Positions 20,205 through 30,479 are shown, counted from the first letter of the stretch. The stretch is 64,000 nt of DNA from Clostridiales bacterium (GCA_024691085.1 JAILNX010000005.1:3527-67526), one strand, 5' to 3'. Numbers and translations: made by a program. The notes: generated from the sequence alone by a model not told the origin.

Positions 20205-21281
20205 ATGAAAAAAGTATTTGCTGTCATGCTTTTTATTGCAATACTGTTTTCCCTTGCCGCGTGCCGGGGAACGGTCGATCCCGTAACGGAGCCCACGAAC
20301 GCGCCGACCTCCGCGCCGACTGCGGCTCCTACGGCTGAACCGACCACGGAGCCCTACGGGCGCCCCGAGCTCGTGGAATATCCCATGCCGCTCGATCTCG
20401 GCAGCCTGTCGCCGCTTTTCTCGATACCGGTCGTCGAATACGATATCTACGACGCGGAGCGTGACCGCGAGCGTGTGGTGATGAGGGGCGAGTACGCTGA
20501 CAACGGGTATCTGCTTAATGCGGAGGGACCTGCGGACTATGACGTAAGCGACGGAAAGCTCATGGTGCTCGACGTCTTTGCGGGGCTGATCCGCGTATTC
20601 GATATCGAAACGCGTGAATGGGTCAGAAACATCGACGTATCCGAGGTCGGGCTCGATCCCGAAACCAACAGGGGAAGGCTTGCATATTATGACGGGCGAT
20701 ACTTCGTCTATTCGTCGAAAAGCGGCGCCGTCGTTTCGTTCGGCGAGGACGGCTCCGTATCCGAGAGGATGAACGTCCCCGCGGGGAAGGGAGGGAGGCT
20801 CATGGTCTTAGGCGGCAGGCTGTATCTTGTTGCGAGCGGCATAGGCAAGCCCAGGACTAACGATTACCTCTATTCGGACGGCGGGTTTACCGCATGCGAT
20901 CCCGTGCTGAGATCTCAAAGCTCGGAGGAAACCGTCGTCATCGAAGGCTTCGGCTTCACGTGGACGATCGAAAAGCTCGACGATCAGGACGAGATCACCC
21001 TCCTCGGAGTGGACGAAAACGGCGATCTTTATTTAAGGTACTCCGCAAAGTTCTGGGACGCGGACTTCGAAGAGCATATCGAGGAGTATCTCCTCGTTTA
21101 CGATAAGGAAAGCCGTCTCGTCGCCGCAAACGATTACGGCGAAAAGGAGGGCTTCGTGATATTCGTCGATACCGAGATCAGGATGAAGGACACGGAAACG
21201 GCGTATCTTCTGATCGGCACGGCGAGGGATATACGGCTCTACGAGATCCCGTTCATGGCGGACGAAAGCCAGTGGTGGTAA
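20205..21281 (+). CDS. Lipoprotein with PT linker and beta-propeller-like domain
   Basis: RBS AAGGAG, lipobox LAAC, APT repeats. Confidence 0.7.
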   Translation: MKKVFAVMLFIAILFSLAACRGTVDPVTEPTNAPTSAPTAAPTAEPTTEPYGRPELVEYPMPLDLGSLSPLFSIPVVEYDIYDAERDRERVVMRGEYADNGYLLNAEGPADYDVSDGKLMVLDVFAGLIRVFDIETREWVRNIDVSEVGLDPETNRGRLAYYDGRYFVYSSKSGAVVSFGEDGSVSERMNVPAGKGGRLMVLGGRLYLVASGIGKPRTNDYLYSDGGFTACDPVLRSQSSEETVVIEGFGFTWTIEKLDDQDEITLLGVDENGDLYLRYSAKFWDADFEEHIEEYLLVYDKESRLVAANDYGEKEGFVIFVDTEIRMKDTETAYLLIGTARDIRLYEIPFMADESQWW

Positions 21282-21294
21282 AAAACTGTAAGCG

Positions 21295-21334
21295 AAAAAA
21301 ATAGAGAGTGCTGCACGCACTCTCTTATCTTTTT
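21295..21334. terminator. Bidirectional terminator
   Basis: AGAGAGTGC-TGCAC-GCACTCTCT between convergent genes. Confidence 0.7.
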
Positions 21335-21337
21335 GTG

Positions 21338-22024
21338 TCATCCCACGACCTTGCCGACAACGCGGAGCTCGTAGGCGTATTTTATGTTGATGGGCTTGTA
21401 TTTGTCGTTGAGCGACACGAGGCGTATGCCGTCCGAGCGGTCGAGCTTCTTGCAGTAGGAATCGCCGTTGTAGACGAATATGCCGATCTCGCCGGTCTTG
21501 AGCTCGGTCGTGCTCTTTACGAACACCACCTGCCCGTCGTGAAGCTCGGGCTCCATCGAGTCGCCGCTTATCCTTACGGCGAAATTCGCGTCGGGCGGAA
21601 TATCGTCGGACTCGATCGACTCATAATTGTCGCTGTCGAGGAATAACCCCGTGCCGGCGGAAACGGGCAGATCGTAAAGCGGCACGACGCGCTTTGCCGC
21701 CTTTTTGGGCTTTTTCACGGAATAGAGCTCGGAGAGGCGGAGGAGCGCGATCATCTCGTTCGCCATGAGGATACCGTCCCGGTTGAGCCCCGCGTAGGGA
21801 CTTGAGCCGCCTATGCCGAGGAACTCCGACGCGACGTCCGTCACGCCGTATATCTCGCACAGCCAGATGAACTGGCAGGCGTCGGGCAGCGACGCGCCCT
21901 TTTCCCACTTCGAGACCGCCCTGTTGGTGATGGGCGCAAGATGCCTCGATATGATGTCGGCGACGTCCTGCTGGGACAGCCCCGCCGCCTTGCGAAGCTC
22001 GGTAAGCCTTTTTCCGATTTCCAT
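21338..22024 (-). CDS. XRE HTH / S24 peptidase (CI/LexA-like) regulator
   Basis: HTH AVSKWEKG, SAG cleavage site, GDSMEP (Ser) and YCKK (Lys). RBS GGAGG before ATG 22024. Confidence 0.88.
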   Translation of the reverse strand: MEIGKRLTELRKAAGLSQQDVADIISRHLAPITNRAVSKWEKGASLPDACQFIWLCEIYGVTDVASEFLGIGGSSPYAGLNRDGILMANEMIALLRLSELYSVKKPKKAAKRVVPLYDLPVSAGTGLFLDSDNYESIESDDIPPDANFAVRISGDSMEPELHDGQVVFVKSTTELKTGEIGIFVYNGDSYCKKLDRSDGIRLVSLNDKYKPINIKYAYELRVVGKVVG

Positions 22025-22254
22025 GTTCAACACCTCCGATTTTCGATATTATAACAGCAGCACGCGCAAAAATCAATAGTTAAGAGAAAAATCGAGGCAA
22101 TATTCTCCTTTCGGTGCAGAACCGCCTCACAAGGCCTGACGCCTATACGAACGTAAAACGGAGGGCTTTTCACAAATAACGCTTAAAAAACTTCAAAAAA
22201 GGAGGAAACCGTGTTATAATGGTCTAAACTTTATGCCCCCAGGAGGACAACGCC

Positions 22255-23751
22255 GTGAAGGTCAGGCTCCCGGAAATACTGTCAAAGATCGTGTACGCGC
22301 TGCTTGCACTGTGCTTTTTGTTCGTCCTGTTCGCGGCGTTCGTCGGAAGCTCATACGAATACAAGCCGCTGATCCTCTTAGGTCTCACCCTTGCGGCGCT
22401 CATACTCATGGTCGAGTTCCGGCTGACAGCGGGCAAGCGCGAGGAGTTCTTTAAAAAGCACAAAAGGGTCATCACCGCGGTATTCCTCGTCTTCATGGGC
22501 GCGTGCCAGCTTGGCTTTTCGTTCCCGCTCAAATACGAACCGCTTTACGATATCGGCGCGATCTACAACGGCGCGATCGAGTGGGTGAACACCGGCACGT
22601 TCGCCTCCTATTACGAATACTTCGGGATGTTCCATAACAATTACGGCGGGATAATGCTGTTCAGGATCTGGTTCGGGATAATGAAGATCTTCGGCGTGAA
22701 GGACTTCTTCATACCCGCGTGCATACTGAACTCTGCGCTCTCGGTCGCGGCGATCTATCTAACCGGCTCGGCTGCGGAGAAGCTCTACGGCGTGCGGGGC
22801 AGGATGACGGCGTACTTCATGTTCCTTATAAGCCTGCCGTTTTACTTCATTGCCCCCGCGTTCTATACCGACGCGCTGACCATGGTGTTCCCCGTACTCA
22901 TATTCAGGCTGTGGCTCGAGGCGCGTTCGCGCGAAAGATTCAAAGAGAAGGCGGCCTGCTGCGTGCTGATGGGCCTTGCCGCGGGCATAGGCACGGGGAT
23001 CAAGGCGAGCATACTCATTATGCTCATCGCCGTCGTGATCGAAGGCGTGCTCTATACGAAGCCGAAGGAATGGCTCACGCTCCTCGCGGCCGGCGCGGCG
23101 ATAGTGCTGGCTTCGACTTTCGCCCTCGGAGCGATAATGACGCAGCACATAGGCAAGGAGTACTCGGAGGAGAAGAAGATCCCGATCGTCCATTGGATCA
23201 TGATGGGCACGCACTGGCCCGGCGGCTACGACGGCGCGGATTATGAGTTCACCAAGTCGTTCACCGATCCCGACGAGCGCGCGGCGAAGGTCAGGGAACG
23301 GCTTATAAACCAGCTTAAGGCGACGAGCGCAGGCGATATGCTGAAGCTCGAAAAGAGGAAGATCGACGTCGTATTCTGCGACGGCACGTACGGGCTCTCG
23401 GACTGCGTGGGCTGTCCGCACGGCGAGGACAATTTCCTGCACGGCTTTCTTCTGAATAACGGAACTAAGGCGAGAAACGTCTACAAGCACCTGACGACCG
23501 GCGTGCTTATGGCGCTCTACGCGCTCATGATCGCGTCCTGCGTGTTCGACGTGTTCGGACGGACGGAGAGCGTAAGGAACCTCGCGCCGAGGCTCGCCAT
23601 GCTCGGGCTATTCATATTCTTCCTGTTCTGGGAGTCGAGGTGGCGCTATTTCTCGAACTTCGTGCCCGTAATCATACTCGCGGCTGCCGCGGGGCTTGAG
23701 AACGCGGCGAAAAGCGTCGAAACCCTGACAAAAAAACGCCGGGCAAAATGA
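22255..23751 (+). CDS. Polytopic membrane protein, GT-C/PMT-like glycosyltransferase
   Basis: More than 10 hydrophobic segments. FYTD, HWIMMG and WESRWRY motifs. Confidence 0.65.
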   Translation: MKVRLPEILSKIVYALLALCFLFVLFAAFVGSSYEYKPLILLGLTLAALILMVEFRLTAGKREEFFKKHKRVITAVFLVFMGACQLGFSFPLKYEPLYDIGAIYNGAIEWVNTGTFASYYEYFGMFHNNYGGIMLFRIWFGIMKIFGVKDFFIPACILNSALSVAAIYLTGSAAEKLYGVRGRMTAYFMFLISLPFYFIAPAFYTDALTMVFPVLIFRLWLEARSRERFKEKAACCVLMGLAAGIGTGIKASILIMLIAVVIEGVLYTKPKEWLTLLAAGAAIVLASTFALGAIMTQHIGKEYSEEKKIPIVHWIMMGTHWPGGYDGADYEFTKSFTDPDERAAKVRERLINQLKATSAGDMLKLEKRKIDVVFCDGTYGLSDCVGCPHGEDNFLHGFLLNNGTKARNVYKHLTTGVLMALYALMIASCVFDVFGRTESVRNLAPRLAMLGLFIFFLFWESRWRYFSNFVPVIILAAAAGLENAAKSVETLTKKRRAK

Positions 23752-23876
23752 GCGCACGACCGCTTCGCGCGGATTTATATTCATATTAAGAGTTTACATT
23801 TCCGCTTCCACTATGCTATAATTATAATCGGAATATTATGGCAGGCTTTTTTGCCGCGCTAAAAAAGGGGCACTTC

Positions 23877-24866
23877 GTGATTTACGAACTGATCGGGGGA
23901 GTAAAGACCCTATCGGTAATAGGTATGTGCAAGAACGCCGGCAAGACCACCGTTCTCAATTCCGCGATCCTTGAATGCGAGGAGCGCGGCGAGACGCTGG
24001 GGCTTACCTCCATCGGCCGCGACGGCGAGAGGAGCGATCTTGTCACCAACACGAAGAAGCCCGAGATATTCGTGAAAGAGGGCGCCGTCATCGCGACCGC
24101 CGAGGGGCTCGTCCCATACGGCGACGTATCGCGCGAGATACTGGAAAAAACGGGTATTCCGACGCCCATGGGCGAAATAATAATATTCAGGGCAAGGTCG
24201 TCGGGGTTCGTACAGCTCGGCGGCGCGTCGACCACCCAACAGCAGAAACAGCTTCGCGACGCGCTCTTCGGTTTCGGCTGCACGCGTGTTCTGATCGACG
24301 GCGCGATAAGCAGGAAATCCCTCGGAAATCCCGCGCTTGCGGACGGCGTGATTTTATCCTCCGGCGCGTCATACGATCCCGATATGGAAAAGACCGCTGC
24401 CGACACCGCCTATATCGCGTCGCTTTTCAGTCTTAAGGAGGCGGGTGTGACGGTATCGGGCGGGACGAGGTTCGAGGCCGTGACCGAACGCGGAAGGTTC
24501 TTTGCGGATGAGCTCAATGAGCTTACGGAGCCTTTAAAGGCGGGCGCGGAGTGGCTGATCATGAACGGCGCCGTGACCGACATGACCGCGAGGGAATTGT
24601 TGAACAGCGCAAAGCTCCTCAAAAACACGCGGCTCGCCGCGATGGACGCGTCGAGGTTGCTCCTTAAAAAGGAGAGCTTCGATAAATTGACAAGGTTCAC
24701 GCGCGGATTCTCGGTCATTAAAAGCACGAGGCTTCTTGCCGTGACGGTCAACGCGTTCTCCGCGTACGGAATGCACTACGACGCGGATGAGTTTATTAAA
24801 AAGGTGCGCGCGCGGCTCGCGGAAGCGGGCGTTTCGGCGCAGGTTCTGGACGTAAAAAATGCTTGA
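23877..24866 (+). CDS. KamB-like P-loop protein (lysine 5,6-aminomutase reactivase subunit)
   Basis: SVIGMCKNAGKTTVLN, LTSIGRDGE, IDGAISRKS. Coupled to a MutS-domain gene. Start is GTG 23877 or ATG 23838. Confidence 0.65.
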   Translation: MIYELIGGVKTLSVIGMCKNAGKTTVLNSAILECEERGETLGLTSIGRDGERSDLVTNTKKPEIFVKEGAVIATAEGLVPYGDVSREILEKTGIPTPMGEIIIFRARSSGFVQLGGASTTQQQKQLRDALFGFGCTRVLIDGAISRKSLGNPALADGVILSSGASYDPDMEKTAADTAYIASLFSLKEAGVTVSGGTRFEAVTERGRFFADELNELTEPLKAGAEWLIMNGAVTDMTARELLNSAKLLKNTRLAAMDASRLLLKKESFDKLTRFTRGFSVIKSTRLLAVTVNAFSAYGMHYDADEFIKKVRARLAEAGVSAQVLDVKNA

Positions 24867-26283
24867 TAACGAACAGCTTCAGAAGATCGGCTTCCGATTC
24901 GTAACGGACAGCGTCGAGCTCATGACCCCTTACGGGGAGGAGCTTAAAAGGCGCGCGCGTTTTTACGGAAAAGGCGAGGAAAAGGAGCTCGAACGCGAGC
25001 AGGAGAACATCGGAAAGCTCGTCCGTCTGATCGGGGAAAAGCCCGAAAAGGTCAACGCGATATTAAGGCTCCTCATGCCCGTGAAGGACATAAGAAGGTC
25101 GATCGGCGCGATAGGAGAAAGGACGCTCACCGAGGTCGAGCTCTTCGAGATAAAACGCTTTCTTTTGCAGCTTGAGCTTCTCGCGCCCGAAACGGAAGAG
25201 GCCTCCCGCGCTCTTCACGGGATAAGGATCGTTCCGCTCCCCGGCGCGCTTTCCGTCATCGATCCCGACGGGACGAGGTCGCCGTCGTTCTACGTCTCCG
25301 ACAGGCTCTCCGAAAGGCTGAGCGAGATCCGCCGCGAGCGGAAGCTCTTAGACGAGGAGATGAAAAAATACGGGAACAAAGAGGAGCTCGTCATCAGGCG
25401 CACCCGGATCGCCGCAATGGAAGAGGACGAGAACGCGCGCGTGCGCGGCGAGATAACGGAGAGGCTCGTCCCCTATAAGGAAGCGCTTCTTGAAAACACC
25501 GCCGCGATAGCGAGGCTCGATTTCGCGCTCGGCAAGGCGAGGCTCGCCGAAAAGACCGGCGCGGTCATGCCGCGTGTCGGCTCCGAAAGGTTCGCTCTCA
25601 CGGGGATGACGAATCCCAGATATTCCGCCGTCCTCAGCGAAAAAGGGCTTGAGTTCATGCCCGTTTCGCTTTTGCTCGAGCGCGGCTCGGTCGTAATCAC
25701 CGGCGCAAATATGGGCGGCAAGTCCGTCGCGATAAAGACGCTCGCATTGAACGTGACGCTCGCCATGTGCGGATATTTCGTGTTCGCGGACGCCGCGGAG
25801 CTTCCCTATATGGACGATATCTGTATGCTCAGCGAGGACAGGGAGGACGTGGAGAGCGGACTTTCCACCTTCGGCGGGGAGATGAAGGCGTTCGACGCGA
25901 TGCTTTCGGCAACGCGGAACAAGGGAAACGTGCTCGTGCTCCTCGACGAATTCGCAAGGGGCACCAATCCATTCGAGGGCGCTAAGCTGGTCAAGGCGGC
26001 GGCGAGGCTCTTCAACGAAAGGACGAACACCTTCGCCGTCATAGCCACGCATTTCGACGGCGTATCGAGACTTGCTAAACTCCATTTCCGCGTGGCGGGG
26101 CTTAAGGAAAACGATCCCGAAACGCTCAGGGCGCGGCTTGCCTCGGGCGCCGGCGATCTATCTAAGTTCATGGATTACGGACTTTATCCCGTTCCTCCCG
26201 ACGAAGAGCCGCCGAGGGACGCGGTTAAGATAATAAAGGCGCTCGGCGTGAGCCGGGAATACACTGATCTCATCGATAACTGA
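24859..26283 (+). CDS. KamC-like MutS-domain ATPase
   Basis: ITGANMGGKS, SGLSTFGGEM, LLDEFARGTNP, IATHF. No mismatch-binding or Smr domain visible. Confidence 0.75.
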   Translation: MLDNEQLQKIGFRFVTDSVELMTPYGEELKRRARFYGKGEEKELEREQENIGKLVRLIGEKPEKVNAILRLLMPVKDIRRSIGAIGERTLTEVELFEIKRFLLQLELLAPETEEASRALHGIRIVPLPGALSVIDPDGTRSPSFYVSDRLSERLSEIRRERKLLDEEMKKYGNKEELVIRRTRIAAMEEDENARVRGEITERLVPYKEALLENTAAIARLDFALGKARLAEKTGAVMPRVGSERFALTGMTNPRYSAVLSEKGLEFMPVSLLLERGSVVITGANMGGKSVAIKTLALNVTLAMCGYFVFADAAELPYMDDICMLSEDREDVESGLSTFGGEMKAFDAMLSATRNKGNVLVLLDEFARGTNPFEGAKLVKAAARLFNERTNTFAVIATHFDGVSRLAKLHFRVAGLKENDPETLRARLASGAGDLSKFMDYGLYPVPPDEEPPRDAVKIIKALGVSREYTDLIDN

Positions 26284-26297
26284 ACATGGAGGCAAAT

Positions 26298-27710
26298 ATG
26301 CAGACCATTGATCTTTACAACACGCTGACGCGCTCGGTCGAGCCGGTAAAAACACATGAGCCCGGAAAGCTCACCATGTACACCTGCGGACCGACCGTCT
26401 ATCACTACGCGCATATAGGCAATCTCCGCACCTATATAATGGAGGACGTGCTCCAGAAGCTCTTCGAGCTTGACGGCTATAAGGTGAAGAGAGCGATGAA
26501 CATCACCGACGTCGGCCATCTTACCTCCGACGCGGACACGGGCGAGGACAAGATGCTCGAAGGCGCGAAGCGCGAGGGCAAGACCGCCATGGAGATCGCG
26601 AAGTTCTATACCGACGCGTTCTTTTCAGACTGCGAAAAGCTGAACATCAAAAAGCCCGAGACCGTCGTTCCCGCGACGAGCTGCATACCGGAATTCATCG
26701 AGCTTATCCAAAAGCTCTTCGATAAGGGCTATGCGTATCAGGCGGGCGGCAACGTCTATTTCGACACCTCGAAGGTCACGGACTACTACTGCCTGACAGG
26801 CCATTCCGCGGACGACCTCATGGTCGGCGTGCGCGACGACGTCACCGAGGATGAAAACAAGAGGAACAAGACCGACTTCGTACTCTGGTTCACGACCTCG
26901 AAGTTCGGCGAACAGGAGCTGAGGTGGGATTCCCCCTGGGGCTACGGCTATCCCGGCTGGCATATCGAGTGCTCGGCGATCAGCTTGAAGAACCTCGGCG
27001 AATACCTCGACCTCCACGCGGGCGGAGTTGACAACATTTTCCCGCATCACACCAACGAGATCGCCCAGTCCGAGGCGGCGATAGGGCACCCCTGGTGCAC
27101 GCACTGGTTCCACCCGAGGCATCTTAACGACAAGTCGGGCAAGATGTCGAAATCGAAGGGCGGCATCCTCACGGTCTCCGTGCTGGAGGAGAAGGGCTAT
27201 AAGCCTCTCGCGTACAGGTATTTCTGCCTGCAGAGCCATTACTTGAAGCAGCTCGTTTTCAGCTGGGAGTCCCTTGACAACGCCGAGCAGGCGTACGACA
27301 AGCTGATCGCGAGGATCGCCTCGGTAAAGGCGAAGGCGAAGGGCGAGCCCGACGCCGAAAAGGTCAGCGAATACAAGGAAAAGTTCATCGAGACCGTCGG
27401 CGACGACCTGAACACCTCGATGGGTCTTACCCTCGTTTACGAGGTGCTGAAGGCCGACATGGACGACGCGACGAAGATCGCTGTCATAAAGGAGTTCGAC
27501 AAGGTGCTCTCGCTCGACCTTCTCTCCGGCGTTCCCGAGAAGGAAGAGGACGAAGGCGCGGATCCGCACCTCGAGGAGCTTCTTAAGCTCCGCGCCGAGG
27601 CGAAGAAGAACCGCGACTGGGCGACCGCCGACAGGATCCGCGACGAGGTCAAGGCGGCGGGCTACATGATAGTCGACACCCCCGAAGGGGCGAAACTCAA
27701 GAAAATCTGA
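26298..27710 (+). CDS. cysS: Cysteine--tRNA ligase
   Basis: CGPTVY, HIGN, PGWHIECS, KMSKS. Confidence 0.97.
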   Translation: MQTIDLYNTLTRSVEPVKTHEPGKLTMYTCGPTVYHYAHIGNLRTYIMEDVLQKLFELDGYKVKRAMNITDVGHLTSDADTGEDKMLEGAKREGKTAMEIAKFYTDAFFSDCEKLNIKKPETVVPATSCIPEFIELIQKLFDKGYAYQAGGNVYFDTSKVTDYYCLTGHSADDLMVGVRDDVTEDENKRNKTDFVLWFTTSKFGEQELRWDSPWGYGYPGWHIECSAISLKNLGEYLDLHAGGVDNIFPHHTNEIAQSEAAIGHPWCTHWFHPRHLNDKSGKMSKSKGGILTVSVLEEKGYKPLAYRYFCLQSHYLKQLVFSWESLDNAEQAYDKLIARIASVKAKAKGEPDAEKVSEYKEKFIETVGDDLNTSMGLTLVYEVLKADMDDATKIAVIKEFDKVLSLDLLSGVPEKEEDEGADPHLEELLKLRAEAKKNRDWATADRIRDEVKAAGYMIVDTPEGAKLKKI

Positions 27711-27732
27711 ACTTAATTTAAGGAGTCAAAAT

Positions 27733-28686
27733 ATGAAAAAACTGCGTAAGCTCTCAGCTCTTCTCATTGCAGTAATGCTCGTCTTCGCTTTCGCGGCGAT
27801 AGCGAATGCACAGGGGGAAGCTCCGAAAGAAACCGAAATTCCCGTCGAGCCTGCCGAGGTTCCCACGACAGGCGCGGAACCCGACGCGACCGAGAACCCC
27901 ATTCCCGAAGGCTACCAGATCGGGCTGTTCGTGCTCGACGGCGAGGGCAAGACCGTTCCCGCATCAGCAGGGCTCTTATCCTGCATGACCGGCGGCAGCG
28001 TTGACCTTTTCATAAAGCACGACTATCAGATCGTCGCGAAGCTCTACAATTCCAAGAACGAGTATCTTGAGCCGGACACCGAGCTCATTCTGGGCGTCGA
28101 CGACTTAAGCGGGCACACCACGCTCGAGCATAACCGCGTGATCCTTCACGCTTCCGACACTCCCTACACCTTCTCGCTCAGGATCTTAAGCACCACCGCG
28201 GAAAACGGCGAGACGAGCTATCCCATCTCCGTAAAGCGCTTCAAGATCGAAGCGACCGATCTGCTCATCGCCGCTCTAGCGATCTACCTGGTCGTGAGCG
28301 TGTTCAGGAAGAACAGCTCGCTTTTCAGCAACGAGTTCATCAAAGAGGAGAAGAAGCCCCTTTATAACAAGCTCATCACCGCTCTCGGCGTAGCAGCCGG
28401 CATCGTGCTCATCGCTGGCGCCGTGATCGGCATCTGCTTCAGCTATCTCGACTGGGCTAAGATCGTAAGGTACGTCCTCATGGGTCTCGGCGCGGTGCTC
28501 ATTATCGGCATGTTCGTCGTTAACAACGTTATGACCGACAAGGAAAAGCGAGACAAGGCTGCGCAGACCGCGCGCACCGGCGGCGGCAATGCTTCGAAGG
28601 CGGCGTTCGAGTTCGACGGCACCGAGCCCACTCTCGACGAGGTGCTCGAAAACATGAAGAACGAGCAGAAGAACGGGGAAAACTGA
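27733..28686 (+). CDS. Hypothetical membrane protein (signal peptide, extracellular domain, 3 C-terminal TMs)
   Basis: RBS AAGGAG, host-like codons, hydrophobic segments. Confidence 0.7.
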   Translation: MKKLRKLSALLIAVMLVFAFAAIANAQGEAPKETEIPVEPAEVPTTGAEPDATENPIPEGYQIGLFVLDGEGKTVPASAGLLSCMTGGSVDLFIKHDYQIVAKLYNSKNEYLEPDTELILGVDDLSGHTTLEHNRVILHASDTPYTFSLRILSTTAENGETSYPISVKRFKIEATDLLIAALAIYLVVSVFRKNSSLFSNEFIKEEKKPLYNKLITALGVAAGIVLIAGAVIGICFSYLDWAKIVRYVLMGLGAVLIIGMFVVNNVMTDKEKRDKAAQTARTGGGNASKAAFEFDGTEPTLDEVLENMKNEQKNGEN

Positions 28687-28698
28687 TCCCGAAAGAAA

Positions 28699-29817
28699 AT
28701 GGAAAAGAAAAAGGATAACTGGGTAAAGCGCTGCGCGAAGAGGTACTTTGTGGACGCCCTAGGCTCCATGGCGAAGGGCCTTTTCGCGACGCTCCTCACG
28801 GGAACGATACTCGGCGCGGCAGCGACGCTTATTGAGCTCGCCGCCGGCGAAGAACCGGGAGCGTTCCTTGCGGCCGTGATCGCGTTCATAAGAGCCGTCG
28901 TTTCGGTCGCGCAGAACGGCTGCGTGGTCGGCGCGGCGATCGGCGTAGCCATCGCTCAGGGCATGAAGGTTTCGCCTCTCGCCATGTTCTCCGCGGCTGT
29001 CACCGGTGCCATCGGCTATACGAGCGGAGCGGGCGGAGCCGGCCCCGTAGGCGCCTATATCGCCGCGATAGTCGGCGCTGAGCTCGGAAACCTCGTTTCC
29101 GGCAAAACCAAGGTCGACATACTCGTAGTGCCCCTCGTGTCGATACTCTCCGGCGGTCTCGTCGGATATATGCTCGGCACGCCGCTCGGCGCGTTCATGC
29201 GCTGGCTCGGCGGAGTCATAGGTCTCGCGACCTATATGAGCCCCATCCCCATGGGCATCGTGATCTCCGTGGTCATCGGCCTCGTGCTGACCGCGCCCAT
29301 ATCGAGCGCGGCGATCTGCTCCATGATATTCGTCATCAATACCGAGACCATGGACGCGAACACCGCCTACGGGCTCATGCTCGCGGCCGGCGCCGCGACC
29401 GTCGGCTGCTCCTGCCAGATGGTAGGCTTTGCGGCCGCGTCCTTCCGTGAGAACAAATGGGGCGGTCTCCTCTCGCAGGGGCTCGGCACTTCGATGCTCC
29501 AGGTGCCGAATATCGTAAGGCATCCCGCGATACTCATCCCGCCGACGCTTGCCGCGGCGATATTGGGCCCCATCGCCACTACCGTGCTGCCAATGTTCAA
29601 CCAGGGCATCAACGCCGGCATGGGCACCTGCGGCTTCGTGGGACAGATCGGCACCTATATCACCATGCTCGGCATGGAGAACCCCGATCCGTGGTGGTGG
29701 ATAACCGTTAAGGTGCTGCTCCTCCACTTAGTGCTTCCCGCCGCGATAGCGCTCGGGGCGTCCGAGCTCATGCGGAAGCTCGGCTGGATCAAAAAGAACG
29801 ATATGCTTCTGGAGTAA
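28699..29817 (+). CDS. PTS EIIC_2 / PfoR-like membrane protein
   Basis: MAKGLFATL, TAPISSAA, GTSMLQVPNI, AGMGTCGFVG. Confidence 0.85.
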   Translation: MEKKKDNWVKRCAKRYFVDALGSMAKGLFATLLTGTILGAAATLIELAAGEEPGAFLAAVIAFIRAVVSVAQNGCVVGAAIGVAIAQGMKVSPLAMFSAAVTGAIGYTSGAGGAGPVGAYIAAIVGAELGNLVSGKTKVDILVVPLVSILSGGLVGYMLGTPLGAFMRWLGGVIGLATYMSPIPMGIVISVVIGLVLTAPISSAAICSMIFVINTETMDANTAYGLMLAAGAATVGCSCQMVGFAAASFRENKWGGLLSQGLGTSMLQVPNIVRHPAILIPPTLAAAILGPIATTVLPMFNQGINAGMGTCGFVGQIGTYITMLGMENPDPWWWITVKVLLLHLVLPAAIALGASELMRKLGWIKKNDMLLE

Positions 29818-30434
29818 TGATGGAGTTTTCGATCAAAACAGCGGAATTCGTGACGAGCGCGGGGCTCACTCTGGAGCTCCCGCAGCCCGCCGGCGCGGAG
29901 ATCGCCGTCGTCGGCAAGTCGAACGTCGGCAAATCCTCGCTCATCAATTCGCTTACGGGCAGGAACAAGCTCGCGAAGACCTCCGCAACTCCCGGCAAGA
30001 CGAGGCTCATCAACTACTTCCTGCTTAACGGCGAGTTCTATCTCGTCGATCTTCCGGGCTACGGCTACGCCAAGGCGCCGAAGGACGACCAGAAGAAATG
30101 GGGCGAGCTGATGGAGAGGTATCTTTCCTCGGGCAGGGTGAGCCACCTGTTTATGCTGATAGACATAAGGCACGACCCCACCGAGCTCGACAGGCAGATG
30201 TTCGGCTATATGCTCTATTACGGCATACCCTACACCCTCATCGCGACGAAGGCCGACAAACTCGCGAAATCCAAGCGAAAACAGGCCGCGAACGCGCTCG
30301 CGAAGAAGCTCGGCGCGCCGCCCTACGCGATAGCGTATTCGTCGGAAACGGGCGACGGCAGGGCGGAGCTTCTTGAAAGGATCGGCGCGGTCGTTCACCC
30401 CGACGCCGAGATCTCCGGAACAGCCGCCGAATAA
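29817..30434 (+). CDS. engB: Ribosome biogenesis GTPase YsxC/EngB
   Basis: GKSNVGKS, TPGKT, DLPGYG, TKAD. Confidence 0.95.
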   Translation: MMEFSIKTAEFVTSAGLTLELPQPAGAEIAVVGKSNVGKSSLINSLTGRNKLAKTSATPGKTRLINYFLLNGEFYLVDLPGYGYAKAPKDDQKKWGELMERYLSSGRVSHLFMLIDIRHDPTELDRQMFGYMLYYGIPYTLIATKADKLAKSKRKQAANALAKKLGAPPYAIAYSSETGDGRAELLERIGAVVHPDAEISGTAAE

Positions 30435-30450
30435 TTTTTGAAAAAAACTA

Positions 30451-30479
30451 TTGACATAAAAGAGGCATATGCGCATAAT
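30451..30479 (+). promoter_or_regulatory. sigmaA-type promoter
   Basis: TTGACA-N17-CATAAT. Confidence 0.7.

Noticed and set aside
24859-26283. Mismatch-repair MutS or MutS2
   Set aside because: Too short, no mismatch-binding or Smr domain, and the partner gene points to a KamC-like protein.
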